A stretch of DNA of 64,000 nt from Prevotella sp. (lineage in GTDB: Bacteria; Bacteroidota; Bacteroidia; Bacteroidales; Bacteroidaceae), in contig JAFRYZ010000009.1 in NCBI GenBank assembly GCA_017442825.1, positions 100,923-164,922 on the forward strand, read 5' to 3'. The notes below the pieces were generated by a model. It saw only the letters and a program-made list of their open reading frames with translations, was not told where the DNA came from and made no database searches. This document shows positions 53,360-64,000 of the stretch, one piece after another. Position numbers and translations under genes: made by a program. The stretch's first letter is position 1, and every line of letters starts with the position of its first letter.

Positions 53360-55738
53360 TTATTTCGTTGATGTGTGGAGTGTTGACGCTTTCAGTCCGT
53401 TGGCAGTAGCCGTCAGTTGGATGTTGCTGGCGTGTCTGCCTGCTCTCAGAATGGCCAGCGCCGCCCCTTGGTAAAGGGGAATGTGTTGCTGGTTGGCTAT
53501 AGCATCGCTGGCAATGTCGCCATTGCCTACAGCTATAAGACGAGCATCGCCTCGAATTGTCAACGACACATCGTCGGTTGCTGTAGGTACGATGCGTCCC
53601 CGACGGTCAACAGCCGTGATGCGAACGTGTTGTAGGTCAATGCCGTCGGCTTGCCATTGGTCGTTGTCTGTCTCCATTTTCAGGGCAACAGCCGGACCTG
53701 TAGTCTCTACTCGTTGGCGAGCGACCACCTTACCATTTGTGCGGGCTATCGCTTCGACATAGCCTGGTTGGTATTCCACTTCTTTCCAAACGATGATGTT
53801 GCGCTGCTGAGCGTCGTTCTTGGGATTTCGTTGATGACCGAGACTCCGTCCGTTGACGACGAGTTCCACTTCGTCGGCATTGGTATAGGTATATATTTTC
53901 AGATGTTCGCCCTGACGACGGTTCCAATGGTCGCTGGTTTGGTCGTTATTGAAACGGATACCATTCCATTCGGTGGTGTTGGCAGGATGGTCAACGATAG
54001 CCAACTGTACCAGAGGTTCGTCGGGTAGGAACATGCTACGGATGAGTCCTGCCAAGGGCTTGGGGCGCAAGGAGATATCGAAGAAACTGTCGTCCCAACC
54101 CTTCAAAGGCCAGCCTCGGCTCTCGCCGAAATAGCTAATGGTTCCCCAATAGGCTAGACCGATGACTTTGTCGAGCTCCATGGCATAGTAGTTGGCAGGC
54201 AGACCGGTAAGGTTTGCCTCGCTTTGGTAGAAGGTCATATAGGGAAAACGGCGGCGGTCACCAGGAAAGTACATGTAGCGGTAGTTATAGGCTTGCAGAT
54301 CGGTGACGCGGGCTAAAGGTGGCGGCAAGGAGTCGGTACTGAGGTCACGGTAACGTGGATGCATGGCAACTGTGGTCATGCGGGTGGAATCGTAACGATG
54401 GAGCAGTTGGCGTTGGAGTTTGTAAGGCGTCACCCCCCAATCGTTGTAAGGCAGATTGGAGAGCTGTTGCAGTTCGTTGCCCAGACTCCACATGATGATG
54501 CTGGGGTGGTTGCGGTCGCGGCGCACCCATTCGGGAATGTCGCGTTGCCATAAGCTTTGCCAGTCGGCTCGTCCGCCAGCATACTGGGTGGTCCATTTGT
54601 CGTAGAGTTCATCGACAACGAGGATTCCCACCTCGTCGCACAAACGGTAGAAATCGTCGCTATAGGGGTTGTGTGCCGTACGTACATGGTTGAAACCATA
54701 GGCTTTCAACAGCCGCAACCGTTTCTCTATGGCACGCGGATAGGCAGCGGCGCCGAGGATGCCCAGTGTGTGGTGGTTTGCCCATCCCTTGAGGAGCAAC
54801 TTCTTGCCGTTGAGTTTCAGACCGGAGTCGGGAGAAATGTCTATGGTTCGAATGCCGAAGCGGTCGGTGACACGGTCGATAACGTGCCCTTCATCGTCGA
54901 GAAGGGACACCTCTGCCGTATATAGATATGGGGTGTCGGGACTCCATAGTTTGGCATCGGGAAGGGTAATGGGCTCAAGCTGGTATTCTGCTTGCCGCTG
55001 GCGACGGAAATAGGAGGGTTGAGACGTTTGTTCTGCCACAATCTTTCCGTTGGCATCGAGGATGCGACTACGGATGTTCAATGTCTTGGCATTTCGGTCG
55101 GCATAATAGACCTCAGCACGGATGCAGACTTCGCGGTTGTTGTGGGTGGTGATATAGAGGGGATGGCGTACAAAATACTTATCCTTGGGAGTGGTGATGA
55201 GTCGCACATCGCGATACAAACCGCCGCCCGTGTACCACCTACTGTTGTCGGCGTTGCGGGTATCGGCCTTGACACGGAGGATGTTGTCGCCAGCTTTTAA
55301 CTTGTCGGTTATGTCGCACTCGAAGCCCAGATAGCCATAGTCCGTAGAACCGATATGCTCACCGTTGAGCCATACATCGCCCACGAGCATGATACCACCA
55401 AAATCAAGGAGCACACGTCTGTCTTTCAATCTAAAATCATCAGCCTGCAACCTTCTCTCATACCATCCACAACCCATTTCCTTGAACCCGCGGGCAGAGA
55501 GATTGCTGGCAATGTTGGCTGCAATATCCTTGTTGTTGGAACGCTCGTCTTTGGTGGGTGCTACCCATGGTTGGGAAATCTGGAAATCGTGTGGTAAGTC
55601 CACAACGATGGCATTCTCCATCTGTTCGTTGCGACTAAACAACCATTCGTTGTTCAGACTGATGGTGTCGCGTTGGGCAGCAGCAGTTATACAATCAAAT
55701 AGAAAGAATAGGACCCATAATGGTTTCATAGGCAACAA
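53360..55738 (-). CDS. GH2 glycoside hydrolase
   Basis: SRWYTGGGLYR, FGIR, RTAHNP and RDRNHPSIIMWSLGNE motifs. Confidence 0.93.
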   Translation of the reverse strand: MLPMKPLWVLFFLFDCITAAAQRDTISLNNEWLFSRNEQMENAIVVDLPHDFQISQPWVAPTKDERSNNKDIAANIASNLSARGFKEMGCGWYERRLQADDFRLKDRRVLLDFGGIMLVGDVWLNGEHIGSTDYGYLGFECDITDKLKAGDNILRVKADTRNADNSRWYTGGGLYRDVRLITTPKDKYFVRHPLYITTHNNREVCIRAEVYYADRNAKTLNIRSRILDANGKIVAEQTSQPSYFRRQRQAEYQLEPITLPDAKLWSPDTPYLYTAEVSLLDDEGHVIDRVTDRFGIRTIDISPDSGLKLNGKKLLLKGWANHHTLGILGAAAYPRAIEKRLRLLKAYGFNHVRTAHNPYSDDFYRLCDEVGILVVDELYDKWTTQYAGGRADWQSLWQRDIPEWVRRDRNHPSIIMWSLGNELQQLSNLPYNDWGVTPYKLQRQLLHRYDSTRMTTVAMHPRYRDLSTDSLPPPLARVTDLQAYNYRYMYFPGDRRRFPYMTFYQSEANLTGLPANYYAMELDKVIGLAYWGTISYFGESRGWPLKGWDDSFFDISLRPKPLAGLIRSMFLPDEPLVQLAIVDHPANTTEWNGIRFNNDQTSDHWNRRQGEHLKIYTYTNADEVELVVNGRSLGHQRNPKNDAQQRNIIVWKEVEYQPGYVEAIARTNGKVVARQRVETTGPAVALKMETDNDQWQADGIDLQHVRITAVDRRGRIVPTATDDVSLTIRGDARLIAVGNGDIASDAIANQQHIPLYQGAALAILRAGRHASNIQLTATANGLKASTLHTSTK

Positions 55739-55763
55739 GGGTTAATAACAGGTGTGGCACTTG

Positions 55764-56504
55764 TCAGCGAAGGAATCCTTGCTGGCGTAGTGCTTCAATC
55801 ATCCCTTCGGACATGGATTCGTTGTCTTTGCGGGTATAGCGAATGTCGGTAAAGACTTGTGCCAGCGTTTCTTTGTGGTTGATTTCTACGAAATGTTGGT
55901 TTTCGGGTTGTGACTCCTTTTCCGTATAAAAAGCATCAATGCGTTCTGGTGTATAATCATCGTAGCTTTCCTGATGGACGATGGCTGCGAGAGGTAACCG
56001 GTCGGAGAGTGGAGGTTCTTCGTCGGGCCATCCCAGGGTGATGGTGGCTACGGGGAAGACCAGCTTCGGCAGCTGGAGAATGTCAATAATCATCTGCGGC
56101 ATATAGACGGTGGTGCCGAGGAAACAAGTTCCCAAACCTTCGGCTTCTGCAAGATTGCAGAAGGTCTGCGTATAGAGCAGAGCATCGGTGGCTGCATTCA
56201 TGAACGACAGGAAATTGTCGTATCCTGGTACAGCCTGACGGTTTTCTGCCCAAAGGGAGGTGCGTCGGAAGTCGGCACAAATGGTCAGGACGACTCGTGC
56301 TCCCTCGACCATGGGCTGATTGAAGTGGGCTGGTGCCAGTTTTCTCTTCATGGCAGCGTCGCGGGTGACGACTACCGAATAGAGTTGCAGGTTACCCATT
56401 GTGGGTGTGCGCTCAGCTTCTTCTAACAAGCGGTTGAGCAGAGTTTCTGGCACTTCTTTCTGTGCGTATTTGCGAATGGTTCTACGTTGCTGGATAGTTT
56501 GCAT
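55764..56504 (-). CDS. NfsA/Frp-like nitroreductase
   Basis: RRTIRKY, PTMGNLQLYS, AEAEGLGTCFLG and LGWP motifs. Confidence 0.88.
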   Translation of the reverse strand: MQTIQQRRTIRKYAQKEVPETLLNRLLEEAERTPTMGNLQLYSVVVTRDAAMKRKLAPAHFNQPMVEGARVVLTICADFRRTSLWAENRQAVPGYDNFLSFMNAATDALLYTQTFCNLAEAEGLGTCFLGTTVYMPQMIIDILQLPKLVFPVATITLGWPDEEPPLSDRLPLAAIVHQESYDDYTPERIDAFYTEKESQPENQHFVEINHKETLAQVFTDIRYTRKDNESMSEGMIEALRQQGFLR

Positions 56505-56617
56505 TATGTATTATTAATTTTGTAATTGCGTAGCGCTTGCAGAGACCTCCGCGAAGCGCCTGAGCACCAACGGAGCGAAAGAAAGCGGCGCATGAATTGT
56601 GAATTATCAATTGTGAA

Positions 56618-57874
56618 TTATGAATGATGAAGAGTCTTTGCTTTGCGGACTTTCTCTTGTATCATTTCGAATTGTTGATAGGCATGACGACGCGACCAGA
56701 TGATTTGGAAGCGATAAACAAGACAGGTGGCGAAGAAATAGACGATGACTTGAATCCATAGGGCAACGTATTCGGTACGGATGTCTTGCAGGGTGCCGCC
56801 CATAGAACTAAGGTGAAGGAATCCGCGAACACCGAAGGTACTAGGGAAGAGCCAGGAGATGCCCTGCCAGAACCCCGGAATGTTACTCTGAGGCCACGAG
56901 ATGCCGGTCATGAAGAGCAACGGAACAGAGGTGAAGACGACCAACAGCATGACGTTCTCGCGATAGCGTACCAGACACGACAGCATCAGCCCGAAGAAGA
57001 TGCACGCCAGCAGGTAGGGGAGCATCAGTCCTAGCCAGTCGGACATGTGGATGAGCGACGTGAAACTGAAAAACTTGGGTACACAGAGGGTAACGTAGGC
57101 ACCCATGACGAAGTAGATCATCAGGTAGCAGAGTGCTTTACCGAGGACAATACGGAAGACTCCGTTGTAGTGGCGGCTCACTGGCACAAGGTCGCTGAAT
57201 CGGTTGTTCTCGCGGGCAGTTCCTGCTGCCAATCCGATGCCGAGTAACAACGTCTGTTGCAGAATGAGAACGAGTACGCCGGGGAGGATGGCATTGCCGT
57301 AGCCGCCTGTAGTGTTGAAAATGGGTACTTCCTTCACCACCATAGGTTGCGTGCTAATTTCTTCATCGCGGACGGTATAGCTACCCGACTTTGAACGTTG
57401 CAGGGCGCTGCTCATCTCTAGCGATACGGCTGTAGCGGTCTGGAAGATGGCTTTATACGTAAGCATGAGCGACATGTCGCAATAGACGCTGACATGTGCC
57501 TGTTCACCCCGGTAAATCAGTTGCTCGAAATCTGACGGGATATAAACGATGCCGCGTACTTGTTGCTTGCCAATCAGTTGGCGTGCTTCTGGAATATTGT
57601 TGCAATAAAAGGCAGCATGGACATCAGGGGAAGCATCGAACTTTTGGATAAACTCGCGAGACGACTTGGAGTGTGACATATCGACAATAGCTGTCGGCAC
57701 TTCGTGCACCACCTCGTTATTATATATCCATGAGTAGAGCAGGGGATAGGCAAGGGGCACAAGGATGAAGAAGATGAGTACACCCTCGTCCTTGACGATG
57801 TTCTTCATCTCTATCCACCATATATAGCACATATCGTGGATGCCTTCGTTGACTTGTCTAAGGAATGTAAACAT
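56618..57874 (-). CDS. ABC-2 type permease (YbhR-like)
   Basis: N-terminal TM, AIVDMSHSKSSR periplasmic domain, C-terminal TM bundle; start codon uncertain. Confidence 0.85.
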   Translation of the reverse strand: MFTFLRQVNEGIHDMCYIWWIEMKNIVKDEGVLIFFILVPLAYPLLYSWIYNNEVVHEVPTAIVDMSHSKSSREFIQKFDASPDVHAAFYCNNIPEARQLIGKQQVRGIVYIPSDFEQLIYRGEQAHVSVYCDMSLMLTYKAIFQTATAVSLEMSSALQRSKSGSYTVRDEEISTQPMVVKEVPIFNTTGGYGNAILPGVLVLILQQTLLLGIGLAAGTARENNRFSDLVPVSRHYNGVFRIVLGKALCYLMIYFVMGAYVTLCVPKFFSFTSLIHMSDWLGLMLPYLLACIFFGLMLSCLVRYRENVMLLVVFTSVPLLFMTGISWPQSNIPGFWQGISWLFPSTFGVRGFLHLSSMGGTLQDIRTEYVALWIQVIVYFFATCLVYRFQIIWSRRHAYQQFEMIQEKVRKAKTLHHS

Positions 57875-59027
57875 ACTCGAGCATCGCTTTTTTAATGTTT
57901 CTTATGGTCAGCAATGGCAATAGCGCAAAGCCAACAAAAAAGGTGACGTGTATCCAGGCATCGGAAAGTGGAAAACCATTGAAAATGCTGATCTGATAGA
58001 ACATGTAGTAATGGCGCAGAGGAAAAAGCCACGATAAGGCTTCTATCATAGGGTTCATGGCGAAGACGGGATAAGTGGCACCGCTAGTGGAGAAACTGAG
58101 AACAGCCCACAATGAACAAACGCTCATCGACATGCGAAGCGAAGGCATCAACCCGAAAATGAAGGCTCCGAACCCTTCGGCTGCCAAAACAGAAAGTACG
58201 CCAAGAAGAAGGATGTGGAGGAATCCACCAGGATGAGGAAAACCTAACACATAGAACTGGTACAGCAGATAGCCTAGGAATAGGGTGATGAAGATGACGA
58301 ACTGGGGGAGAAGTTTCCCTATCATGGCTACCCAGATGTTGCCACCTGCCTGCTGAATCCATTCCTTCGCACGGTCGAACTTCAGTTCTGTACCTATGGA
58401 ATAGACGGTAATGAGGAAGATGAACAGCAGTAGGACTCCAGGAATCATGACTGTACTGAGATAGACGTTGTAGTTACTCCAAGGATTATTGATGAGGTGA
58501 GGGTCGATGACAATGGGTTGGAGAAAGGCGCGTATCTCGTGCTCGCTCTTGCCCAGTGCGGAAAGCTTGGCAGAACCGATTCCTGCAGAACCGAGGGCTC
58601 CCACCGTTTTCAGGTCGCGAAAAAGCAGATTGCCTGCCACCATCGTCACATTGCTATAGTAAAAGGATACAACGGGTTGACGCGATGCAAGCAGGTCGGC
58701 GGTAGTCCCTTGTGGAATGTAGAGGAAAGCGTAGATTTCGCCACGTTGGATGGCTTTTCGCGCATCGTCTATGTCGTGGTATTCTTTTGTAACCTGAGTG
58801 GCTTGAAAACTGTCTAACGTACGTATTAACTTACGTGTTGTCGGCGTTTTGTCTAAATCAACATAACCGCAGGGCAGATTGGTAGGAGCACCATCTGACA
58901 GTACGGAGGTGAAAAAGAAAATGGCAACGACAGGGAATATCACCATGCAAAAGAGGTATATTGGATTCTGAATCAATATACCACATTCGCGCCATGCTAT
59001 TCTCCCTAATCGTCTGATTACATTCAT
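57858..59027 (-). CDS. ABC-2 type permease (YbhS-like)
   Basis: VDLDKTPTTR, NP..NY..YL and SGATYP motifs. Confidence 0.85.
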   Translation of the reverse strand: MNVIRRLGRIAWRECGILIQNPIYLFCMVIFPVVAIFFFTSVLSDGAPTNLPCGYVDLDKTPTTRKLIRTLDSFQATQVTKEYHDIDDARKAIQRGEIYAFLYIPQGTTADLLASRQPVVSFYYSNVTMVAGNLLFRDLKTVGALGSAGIGSAKLSALGKSEHEIRAFLQPIVIDPHLINNPWSNYNVYLSTVMIPGVLLLFIFLITVYSIGTELKFDRAKEWIQQAGGNIWVAMIGKLLPQFVIFITLFLGYLLYQFYVLGFPHPGGFLHILLLGVLSVLAAEGFGAFIFGLMPSLRMSMSVCSLWAVLSFSTSGATYPVFAMNPMIEALSWLFPLRHYYMFYQISIFNGFPLSDAWIHVTFFVGFALLPLLTIRNIKKAMLEYVYIP

Positions 59028-59076
59028 TTTGCTTGGAAAACTTCTCCCTCTTGAAACGGGACGGGCTGGTGAGACC

Positions 59077-60060
59077 TTACTTGATAATCAACGACATTCC
59101 TGGTCGCAGACCGTCAAATTTCTTTGTTGGACGCGCTTTAACCTCGAATGTTTTCAAGTCATATTGACCTGTGGTCTTCGTGGCTTTCCATGTAGCATAA
59201 GAGCCTTCGTCTTTTAGCGAATAGACTTTCATCTCTATCTCTTTGTCGAAGGCAGGAATGTAAGCTTTGAAAGTCTCGCCAACTTTCATACCTTTCAACT
59301 GGTCTTCGCGAACGTTGAAAGTTCCCCAAAGGTCATTGGTCATAGCAATGCTCATAATGGGTGATCCCATACCCACCAATTCGCCTACCTTTGGATAGAT
59401 AGTGGTCACCTCACCTTCTGCAGTTGCACGTTGGACGGTCTCACGGAGAATAGACTTCATTACGTTCACAGCTCCGCGAGCAGCTTCGGTTTGCTTGCGG
59501 GCAGCACGCTTCTCTTGTTCCCGTGCGCCATTCTTAGCCATCTCCCATTGGGCTTTGGCTGCGACAACCTGAGCCTCTGTTACTTTGTAGGCTGCTAATG
59601 CTTCGTCGCGCTTTTGGGCACTCATAACACCTTCGTCGTAAAGGCGTTGCATACGCTTGTAGGTACTTTCAGCCAAGCTGTTGGCTGAAACAGCCTGCTG
59701 GTAGAGCTGATAGGCACCTTCAACAGTTTCCTTACGTGCGCCAGCATTCACAAGATCACTCACAGCATCGGCAACACCAACGGCTGCCTCGGAGGCTTGT
59801 TGTTGTGCGTTTACCTCTGGCATTTCCAGGACGGCGAGCGTGTCGCCTACATGTACATAGTCGCCTTCTTTCACGCGCAACTCTACGATGCGCCCGGGTA
59901 ACTTGCACGAAACACGGTATTCACTGACTTCTACTTCACCTTGTATGATTTCAGGCGAACGGTCAAGAGTGAACCAACCTATAATTGCTACTGCTACAAC
60001 AACGGTAACGAAGCCGATGATGGCGAGCAGAATGTTGTTATGTTGTGATTTTGCTGACAT
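59077..60060 (-). CDS. HlyD-family membrane fusion protein
   Basis: Lipoyl-like GRIVELRVKEGDYV, alpha-hairpin, GLRPGMS. Confidence 0.92.
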   Translation of the reverse strand: MSAKSQHNNILLAIIGFVTVVVAVAIIGWFTLDRSPEIIQGEVEVSEYRVSCKLPGRIVELRVKEGDYVHVGDTLAVLEMPEVNAQQQASEAAVGVADAVSDLVNAGARKETVEGAYQLYQQAVSANSLAESTYKRMQRLYDEGVMSAQKRDEALAAYKVTEAQVVAAKAQWEMAKNGAREQEKRAARKQTEAARGAVNVMKSILRETVQRATAEGEVTTIYPKVGELVGMGSPIMSIAMTNDLWGTFNVREDQLKGMKVGETFKAYIPAFDKEIEMKVYSLKDEGSYATWKATKTTGQYDLKTFEVKARPTKKFDGLRPGMSLIIK

Positions 60061-60084
60061 TTTTTTATTGTGAATTATTAATAG

Positions 60085-61593
60085 TTATAGTTTTCCTAAA
60101 GCTTTTCTTAACCCTACCTCGCTTAACTTGACGTCAATTTCGGCATCGATCTTTTGCGTCTGTGCTTTTTGCCATGCAGTTTGAGCCTCCATGACTTCAG
60201 TGATCGTCATTACACCTTCGCGAAAGCCGACATTGGCACAACGAAGGTTTTCTTCGGCACTAGCCATGTTCTTGCGTGCCATTGTAGCTTTCTTTTGGGC
60301 TTCTTTCACCTTAAAACGGTATTGCTCAACTTGCAATGCAATTTTCTCGCGAAGGTCTTGTAATTCCAATTGGGCAATGCTGGTGGCGGTCTTTGTTGCA
60401 TTTATTTTATAATGCCCTTCGCGCCAGCTCCAGATAGGAACCTGTACCAGAACACCGATGTTCCAGACTTCCTTGAACTTTCGCTCGAAACCATTGAAAG
60501 TATTGGGATTACTTACTAATACGCCACCCGTCAAGGCTACATGGGGCCGATAGAGTGCACGGGTGAGCTTGGTGGCTTGCGTACTCAAATCAACAGCATT
60601 CTCCAACAACCTCACTTCTGGACGGTCGCTGTATAGGCTGTCACTCATGTTTGCTGCATACTGGTCTGCTGACATCTCAGCATCGTCCAATGAGAGAGTA
60701 TTGTTCAGGTGTTGCTCATCAGCAAGGGTGATATTGCTGTCTAAAGGAAGTCCACACAGCTGACAGAGGAGCATCTTGGCAAGTGAGACTCCGTCCTCGA
60801 CTTGCGTAACCGACATTTCTGCATTGTTCACAGCAACATCTACTTTCAATCCGTCGGCACGAGTAGCTACGCCTTCGCGAATCAGCTTGTGAACGTCTGT
60901 GTTCAATTTCTGAACCAATTCGAGGTATTGTTTGGCAAGCACCTCCTTGTTTTTCAGTGAAACAGCCAACCAGTAGGCGTTGTCAATGGAGTATAACGTA
61001 CTCTGTCGCGTTTGGTCAACGGCATTGTGAGCTAGTTCCTGGTTGATGCGCGCCATCTCGTTGGCTGCTGTGATACCGCCTCCCATATACAAGGGCTGTG
61101 TCACCATAATACTTGCGGCAAAGATATTGCGGGTGTCCGTGCGAAATGCGTCCCGGATGGCATTACCTATGTCGTTACCTTTCTGAGCCAATGGTGTCCC
61201 CATCTTTTCCATGATGGTCCCGATGTTATGTGCCATCTCTGGGGTGATAAGTTGTTGTTGCACCATGCTCGTGAGAACTTCCGAAACGGTGCCACTCACT
61301 TTTCCCATCGCATTAGTTCCAAGATGGCTCAAAGCCCATTTCTGATCTTTGTTCAAGACGGAAACTTCACGACTGAAAAACTCGTAGCCTGCCAAACCGT
61401 TCACATGTGGCAGATACTTTGTCTTTGCTGCCTTCCGGGCATTTAGCGCGATGTCCTCGCTCAGTTTCGAGGCTGTTAGCTGCTTGTTGTTGCTCAAAGC
61501 CAACTCGCGACAGCGTTCCAAAGTCAGAGGAGCCTGGCCGTATGCAGTTATCGTGAAACCAGCAAACAAGCACAGAAAAAAACATTTTGCCAT
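60085..61593 (-). CDS. TolC-family outer membrane protein
   Basis: LTLERCRELALSNN, QPLYMGG and two OEP repeats. Confidence 0.9.
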   Translation of the reverse strand: MAKCFFLCLFAGFTITAYGQAPLTLERCRELALSNNKQLTASKLSEDIALNARKAAKTKYLPHVNGLAGYEFFSREVSVLNKDQKWALSHLGTNAMGKVSGTVSEVLTSMVQQQLITPEMAHNIGTIMEKMGTPLAQKGNDIGNAIRDAFRTDTRNIFAASIMVTQPLYMGGGITAANEMARINQELAHNAVDQTRQSTLYSIDNAYWLAVSLKNKEVLAKQYLELVQKLNTDVHKLIREGVATRADGLKVDVAVNNAEMSVTQVEDGVSLAKMLLCQLCGLPLDSNITLADEQHLNNTLSLDDAEMSADQYAANMSDSLYSDRPEVRLLENAVDLSTQATKLTRALYRPHVALTGGVLVSNPNTFNGFERKFKEVWNIGVLVQVPIWSWREGHYKINATKTATSIAQLELQDLREKIALQVEQYRFKVKEAQKKATMARKNMASAEENLRCANVGFREGVMTITEVMEAQTAWQKAQTQKIDAEIDVKLSEVGLRKALGKL

Positions 61594-61756
61594 AGTTTTT
61601 TTTATTTGCGTGCAAAAGTACATCAATTTCTTGAAAAATACGAAAGTTTAAACGCTTGTCCATTACCAATATTATTGAAATTAGAGTTTTTTTCGGAAAA
61701 TTTGTGCAACTTACGATTCTTTTTTATAAATTTGCAACATTGAAAATTATTAGATA

Positions 61757-61981
61757 ATGGACAATTCAAAGTTCCTATATCGTGTCTATGACCTTTATCG
61801 TGATGGCTTTAGAAAGATGAGTCTTGGACGAACGCTATGGCTGATTATTGCTGTCAAATTGCTGATAATTTTTGCTGTGCTAAAAGTTTTCTTCTTTCCC
61901 GATTTCTTGAAAATGAAAGTCTCCGATGGTGACAAGGCAGGATATGTATCAGAAGAATTGATACGACGGGCACAATTTTGA
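61757..61981 (+). CDS. DUF4492-like protein
   Basis: LY.DGFRKM.LGRTLW.II..KL.I.F.VLK.FFFP pattern, upstream of cydA. Confidence 0.85.
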   Translation: MDNSKFLYRVYDLYRDGFRKMSLGRTLWLIIAVKLLIIFAVLKVFFFPDFLKMKVSDGDKAGYVSEELIRRAQF

Positions 61982-62028
61982 TAGAGTATTGACGACGGGC
62001 ATATATAAACATGAAAACATAGAAAAAC

Positions 62029-63600
62029 ATGACTCATTTGTTGTTAAATATTGATGTGGGAATGATAGATTGGGCAAGGGCACAGTTTGCGTTGACTGCT
62101 ATCTATCATTGGCTATTTGTACCGCTGACGTTGGGATTGGCGGTTGTTATGGGCATTATGGAGACTATTTATTACCGAACGGGTAAAGTGTTCTGGAAGG
62201 ATGCGGCAAAGTTCTGGCAGCGCCTTTTCGGTATCAATTTCGCCATGGGGGTGGCTACAGGTATCATCCTGGAGTTTGAATTTGGCACCAACTGGAGCAA
62301 CTATTCTTGGTTCGTGGGTGACATTTTCGGTGCGCCGTTAGCCATTGAGGGAATCATAGCGTTTTTCATGGAAAGTACGTTCGTTGCTGTGATGTTCTTC
62401 GGATGGAACAAAGTGTCGCGTGGTTTTCATTTGGCTTCTACATGGTTGACAGGTTTGGGTGCAACGATTTCTGCTTGGTGGATTTTGGTAGCGAATGCAT
62501 GGATGCAGAATCCAGTTGGTTGTACCTTCAATCCCGACACCATGCGCAACGAGATGGTGTCGTTTCTGGACGTGGCATTCTCACCGTTTGCCGTTGGTAA
62601 GTTCTGCCATACTGTAATGTCGGCATGGATTGTCGGAGCAGTCTTTACGGTTGCGGTTGGGTGCTGGTTCCTTATGAAGAAGCGCGATACGAAGCTGGCT
62701 GCCGAGAGCATAAAGATAGGAGCGGCTGTGGGATTGTTTGCAGCCCTCTTGACGGGTGCTACAGGACATCTCTCAGGTGAGCAGGTGGCAGCATCCCAAC
62801 CGATGAAGTTGGCAGCAATGGAAGCCCTGTATAACGGAGGCACTGAACAGAGCCTGACGGTGGTGGCATGGGTGAATCCTTTCAAACAGCCTGACTATGT
62901 CAATGAAAAAGAACCTCCAGCCCGCATCGCGATGCCGTATGCCCTTTCGCTGATGGCAACGCGCGATGTTCATGGCTACGTGCCTGGTATCAATGACCTC
63001 ATTCACGGTTATGTCACGCCTGACGGTAAGAAAGAACCGTCATATGCGGAGAAGATAAAACGCGGAAAACGGGCTATTGCCGCATTGGCTGCATATAGAA
63101 AAGCTAAAAAAGAAGGGGCAGGTGATAAAACTCTCACCTCTCTCCGTTCCTCTCTCTCTGCAGATATGAAGTATTTCGGCTACGGCTATGTGAAGGATGT
63201 CAATCAGTTGGTGCCCTATATTCCCGTTAACTTCTGGGCATTCCGTGTGATGGTAGGCTTCGGGTGTTTGTTTATCCTCTTCTTTGCTGTTGTCCTCTTC
63301 GTTTCCTGTCGGAAAGATATCACCGCACTACGCAAGTGGCACTATATTGCAGCTATTGCACTGGTACCATGTGCCTATATCGCAAGCGAGGCAGGTTGGC
63401 TCGTTGCTGAATTCGGACGACAGCCGTGGACCATTCAGGACATGCTGCCTACATGGGCGTCGGTAAGTGACTTGGATAGCAGTTCTGTAGCACTGACTTT
63501 CTTCCTCTTCCTCATACTTTTTACCATTATGTTGGTAGTGGAAATCAGTATCATGTTGAAGCAAATCAAACGTGGACCAGAATATACAGGTCAAAGATAA
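62029..63600 (+). CDS. cydA: Cytochrome bd ubiquinol oxidase subunit I
   Basis: RAQFALTAIYHWLFVP, EFEFGTNW, QPMKLAAME and GRQPW motifs. Confidence 0.97.
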   Translation: MTHLLLNIDVGMIDWARAQFALTAIYHWLFVPLTLGLAVVMGIMETIYYRTGKVFWKDAAKFWQRLFGINFAMGVATGIILEFEFGTNWSNYSWFVGDIFGAPLAIEGIIAFFMESTFVAVMFFGWNKVSRGFHLASTWLTGLGATISAWWILVANAWMQNPVGCTFNPDTMRNEMVSFLDVAFSPFAVGKFCHTVMSAWIVGAVFTVAVGCWFLMKKRDTKLAAESIKIGAAVGLFAALLTGATGHLSGEQVAASQPMKLAAMEALYNGGTEQSLTVVAWVNPFKQPDYVNEKEPPARIAMPYALSLMATRDVHGYVPGINDLIHGYVTPDGKKEPSYAEKIKRGKRAIAALAAYRKAKKEGAGDKTLTSLRSSLSADMKYFGYGYVKDVNQLVPYIPVNFWAFRVMVGFGCLFILFFAVVLFVSCRKDITALRKWHYIAAIALVPCAYIASEAGWLVAEFGRQPWTIQDMLPTWASVSDLDSSSVALTFFLFLILFTIMLVVEISIMLKQIKRGPEYTGQR

Positions 63601-63614
63601 ATTGTTAATTGCGA

Positions 63615-64000
63615 ATGATGAGTTACGAATTCTTACAACAATATTGGTGGCTTCTCGTTTCTTTGTTAGGGGCACTATTGGTATTCCTCATGTTTGTGCA
63701 GGGTGCCAACTCTATGATATTCCAATTAGGTTGGAATGCAGAATCTCGCAGGATGATTGTCAACTCCTCAGGACGCAAGTGGGAGTTTACTTTCACCACT
63801 CTGGTAACTTTTGGTGGAGCGTTCTTCGCATCGTTTCCTTTGTTCTATAGTACCTCTTTCGGCGGGGCTTATTGGTTGTGGATGCTTATCCTGTTTACAT
63901 TCGTCCTACAGGCAGTTAGCTATGAGTTCCAGAACAAAATCGGCAACCTGCTTGGACCGAAGACTTTCCAGACGTTTCTGGTGATTAACGGACTTGTTGG
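63615..64000 (+). CDS. cydB: Cytochrome bd oxidase subunit II (3'-truncated)
   Basis: Not in the ORF track; reads MMSYEFLQQYWWLLVSLLGALLVFLMFVQG...GRKWEFTFTTLVTFGGAFFASFP and is open to the window end. Confidence 0.93.
   Translation, partial: MMSYEFLQQYWWLLVSLLGALLVFLMFVQGANSMIFQLGWNAESRRMIVNSSGRKWEFTFTTLVTFGGAFFASFPLFYSTSFGGAYWLWMLILFTFVLQAVSYEFQNKIGNLLGPKTFQTFLVINGLV

Noticed and set aside
56618-61593. Efflux operon lacking an ATPase gene
   Set aside because: TolC-HlyD-permease-permease without an adjacent ATPase is a common Bacteroidales arrangement.
63596-63632. Period-7 pattern across the cydA-cydB junction
   Set aside because: Too degenerate, and partly explained by conserved CydB start residues.
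61757-64000. Cytochrome bd oxidase in a presumed anaerobe
   Set aside because: Well known in Bacteroidales.

Overview
A 64-kb chromosomal window from a Bacteroidota organism, most likely Prevotellaceae. This is inferred from the SusC/SusD pair, Prevotella-type T9SS C-terminal domains, porX/porW and TAnnTTTG promoters. Positions 1-28.9 kb are a pectin utilisation region: a DUF4957/DUF5123-like beta-helix protein, SusC, SusD, three T9SS-secreted non-catalytic modular proteins, two PL1-type lyases, DUF3826, a large beta-helix protein, a stand-alone anti-sigma-like protein plus ECF sigma, GH28 and a DUF5703-type hydrolase. The rest is mostly housekeeping: tRNA-Lys, tdk, rsmI, tadA, pyrH, birA, pssA/psd, dnaE, trxA, tsaE-porX-porW, aroA, tRNA-Pro, uxuB/uxuA, GH2, an efflux operon and cydAB. 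No transposase, integrase or CRISPR array is visible. The most unusual signal is non-coding. A ~62-66 bp two-hairpin element (GYGAG-stem-CGAGCG-...-GAA triloop) occurs 4 times, is flanked by a duplicated ~18-nt target, and carries an internal segment complementary to its own target. A related mini-element sits at the tRNA-Lys 3' end. Several short-period (7, 9, ~11, 22 nt) repeat families sit on stop codons or in frame within protein linkers. All family calls come from motif recognition by eye, with no database searches.
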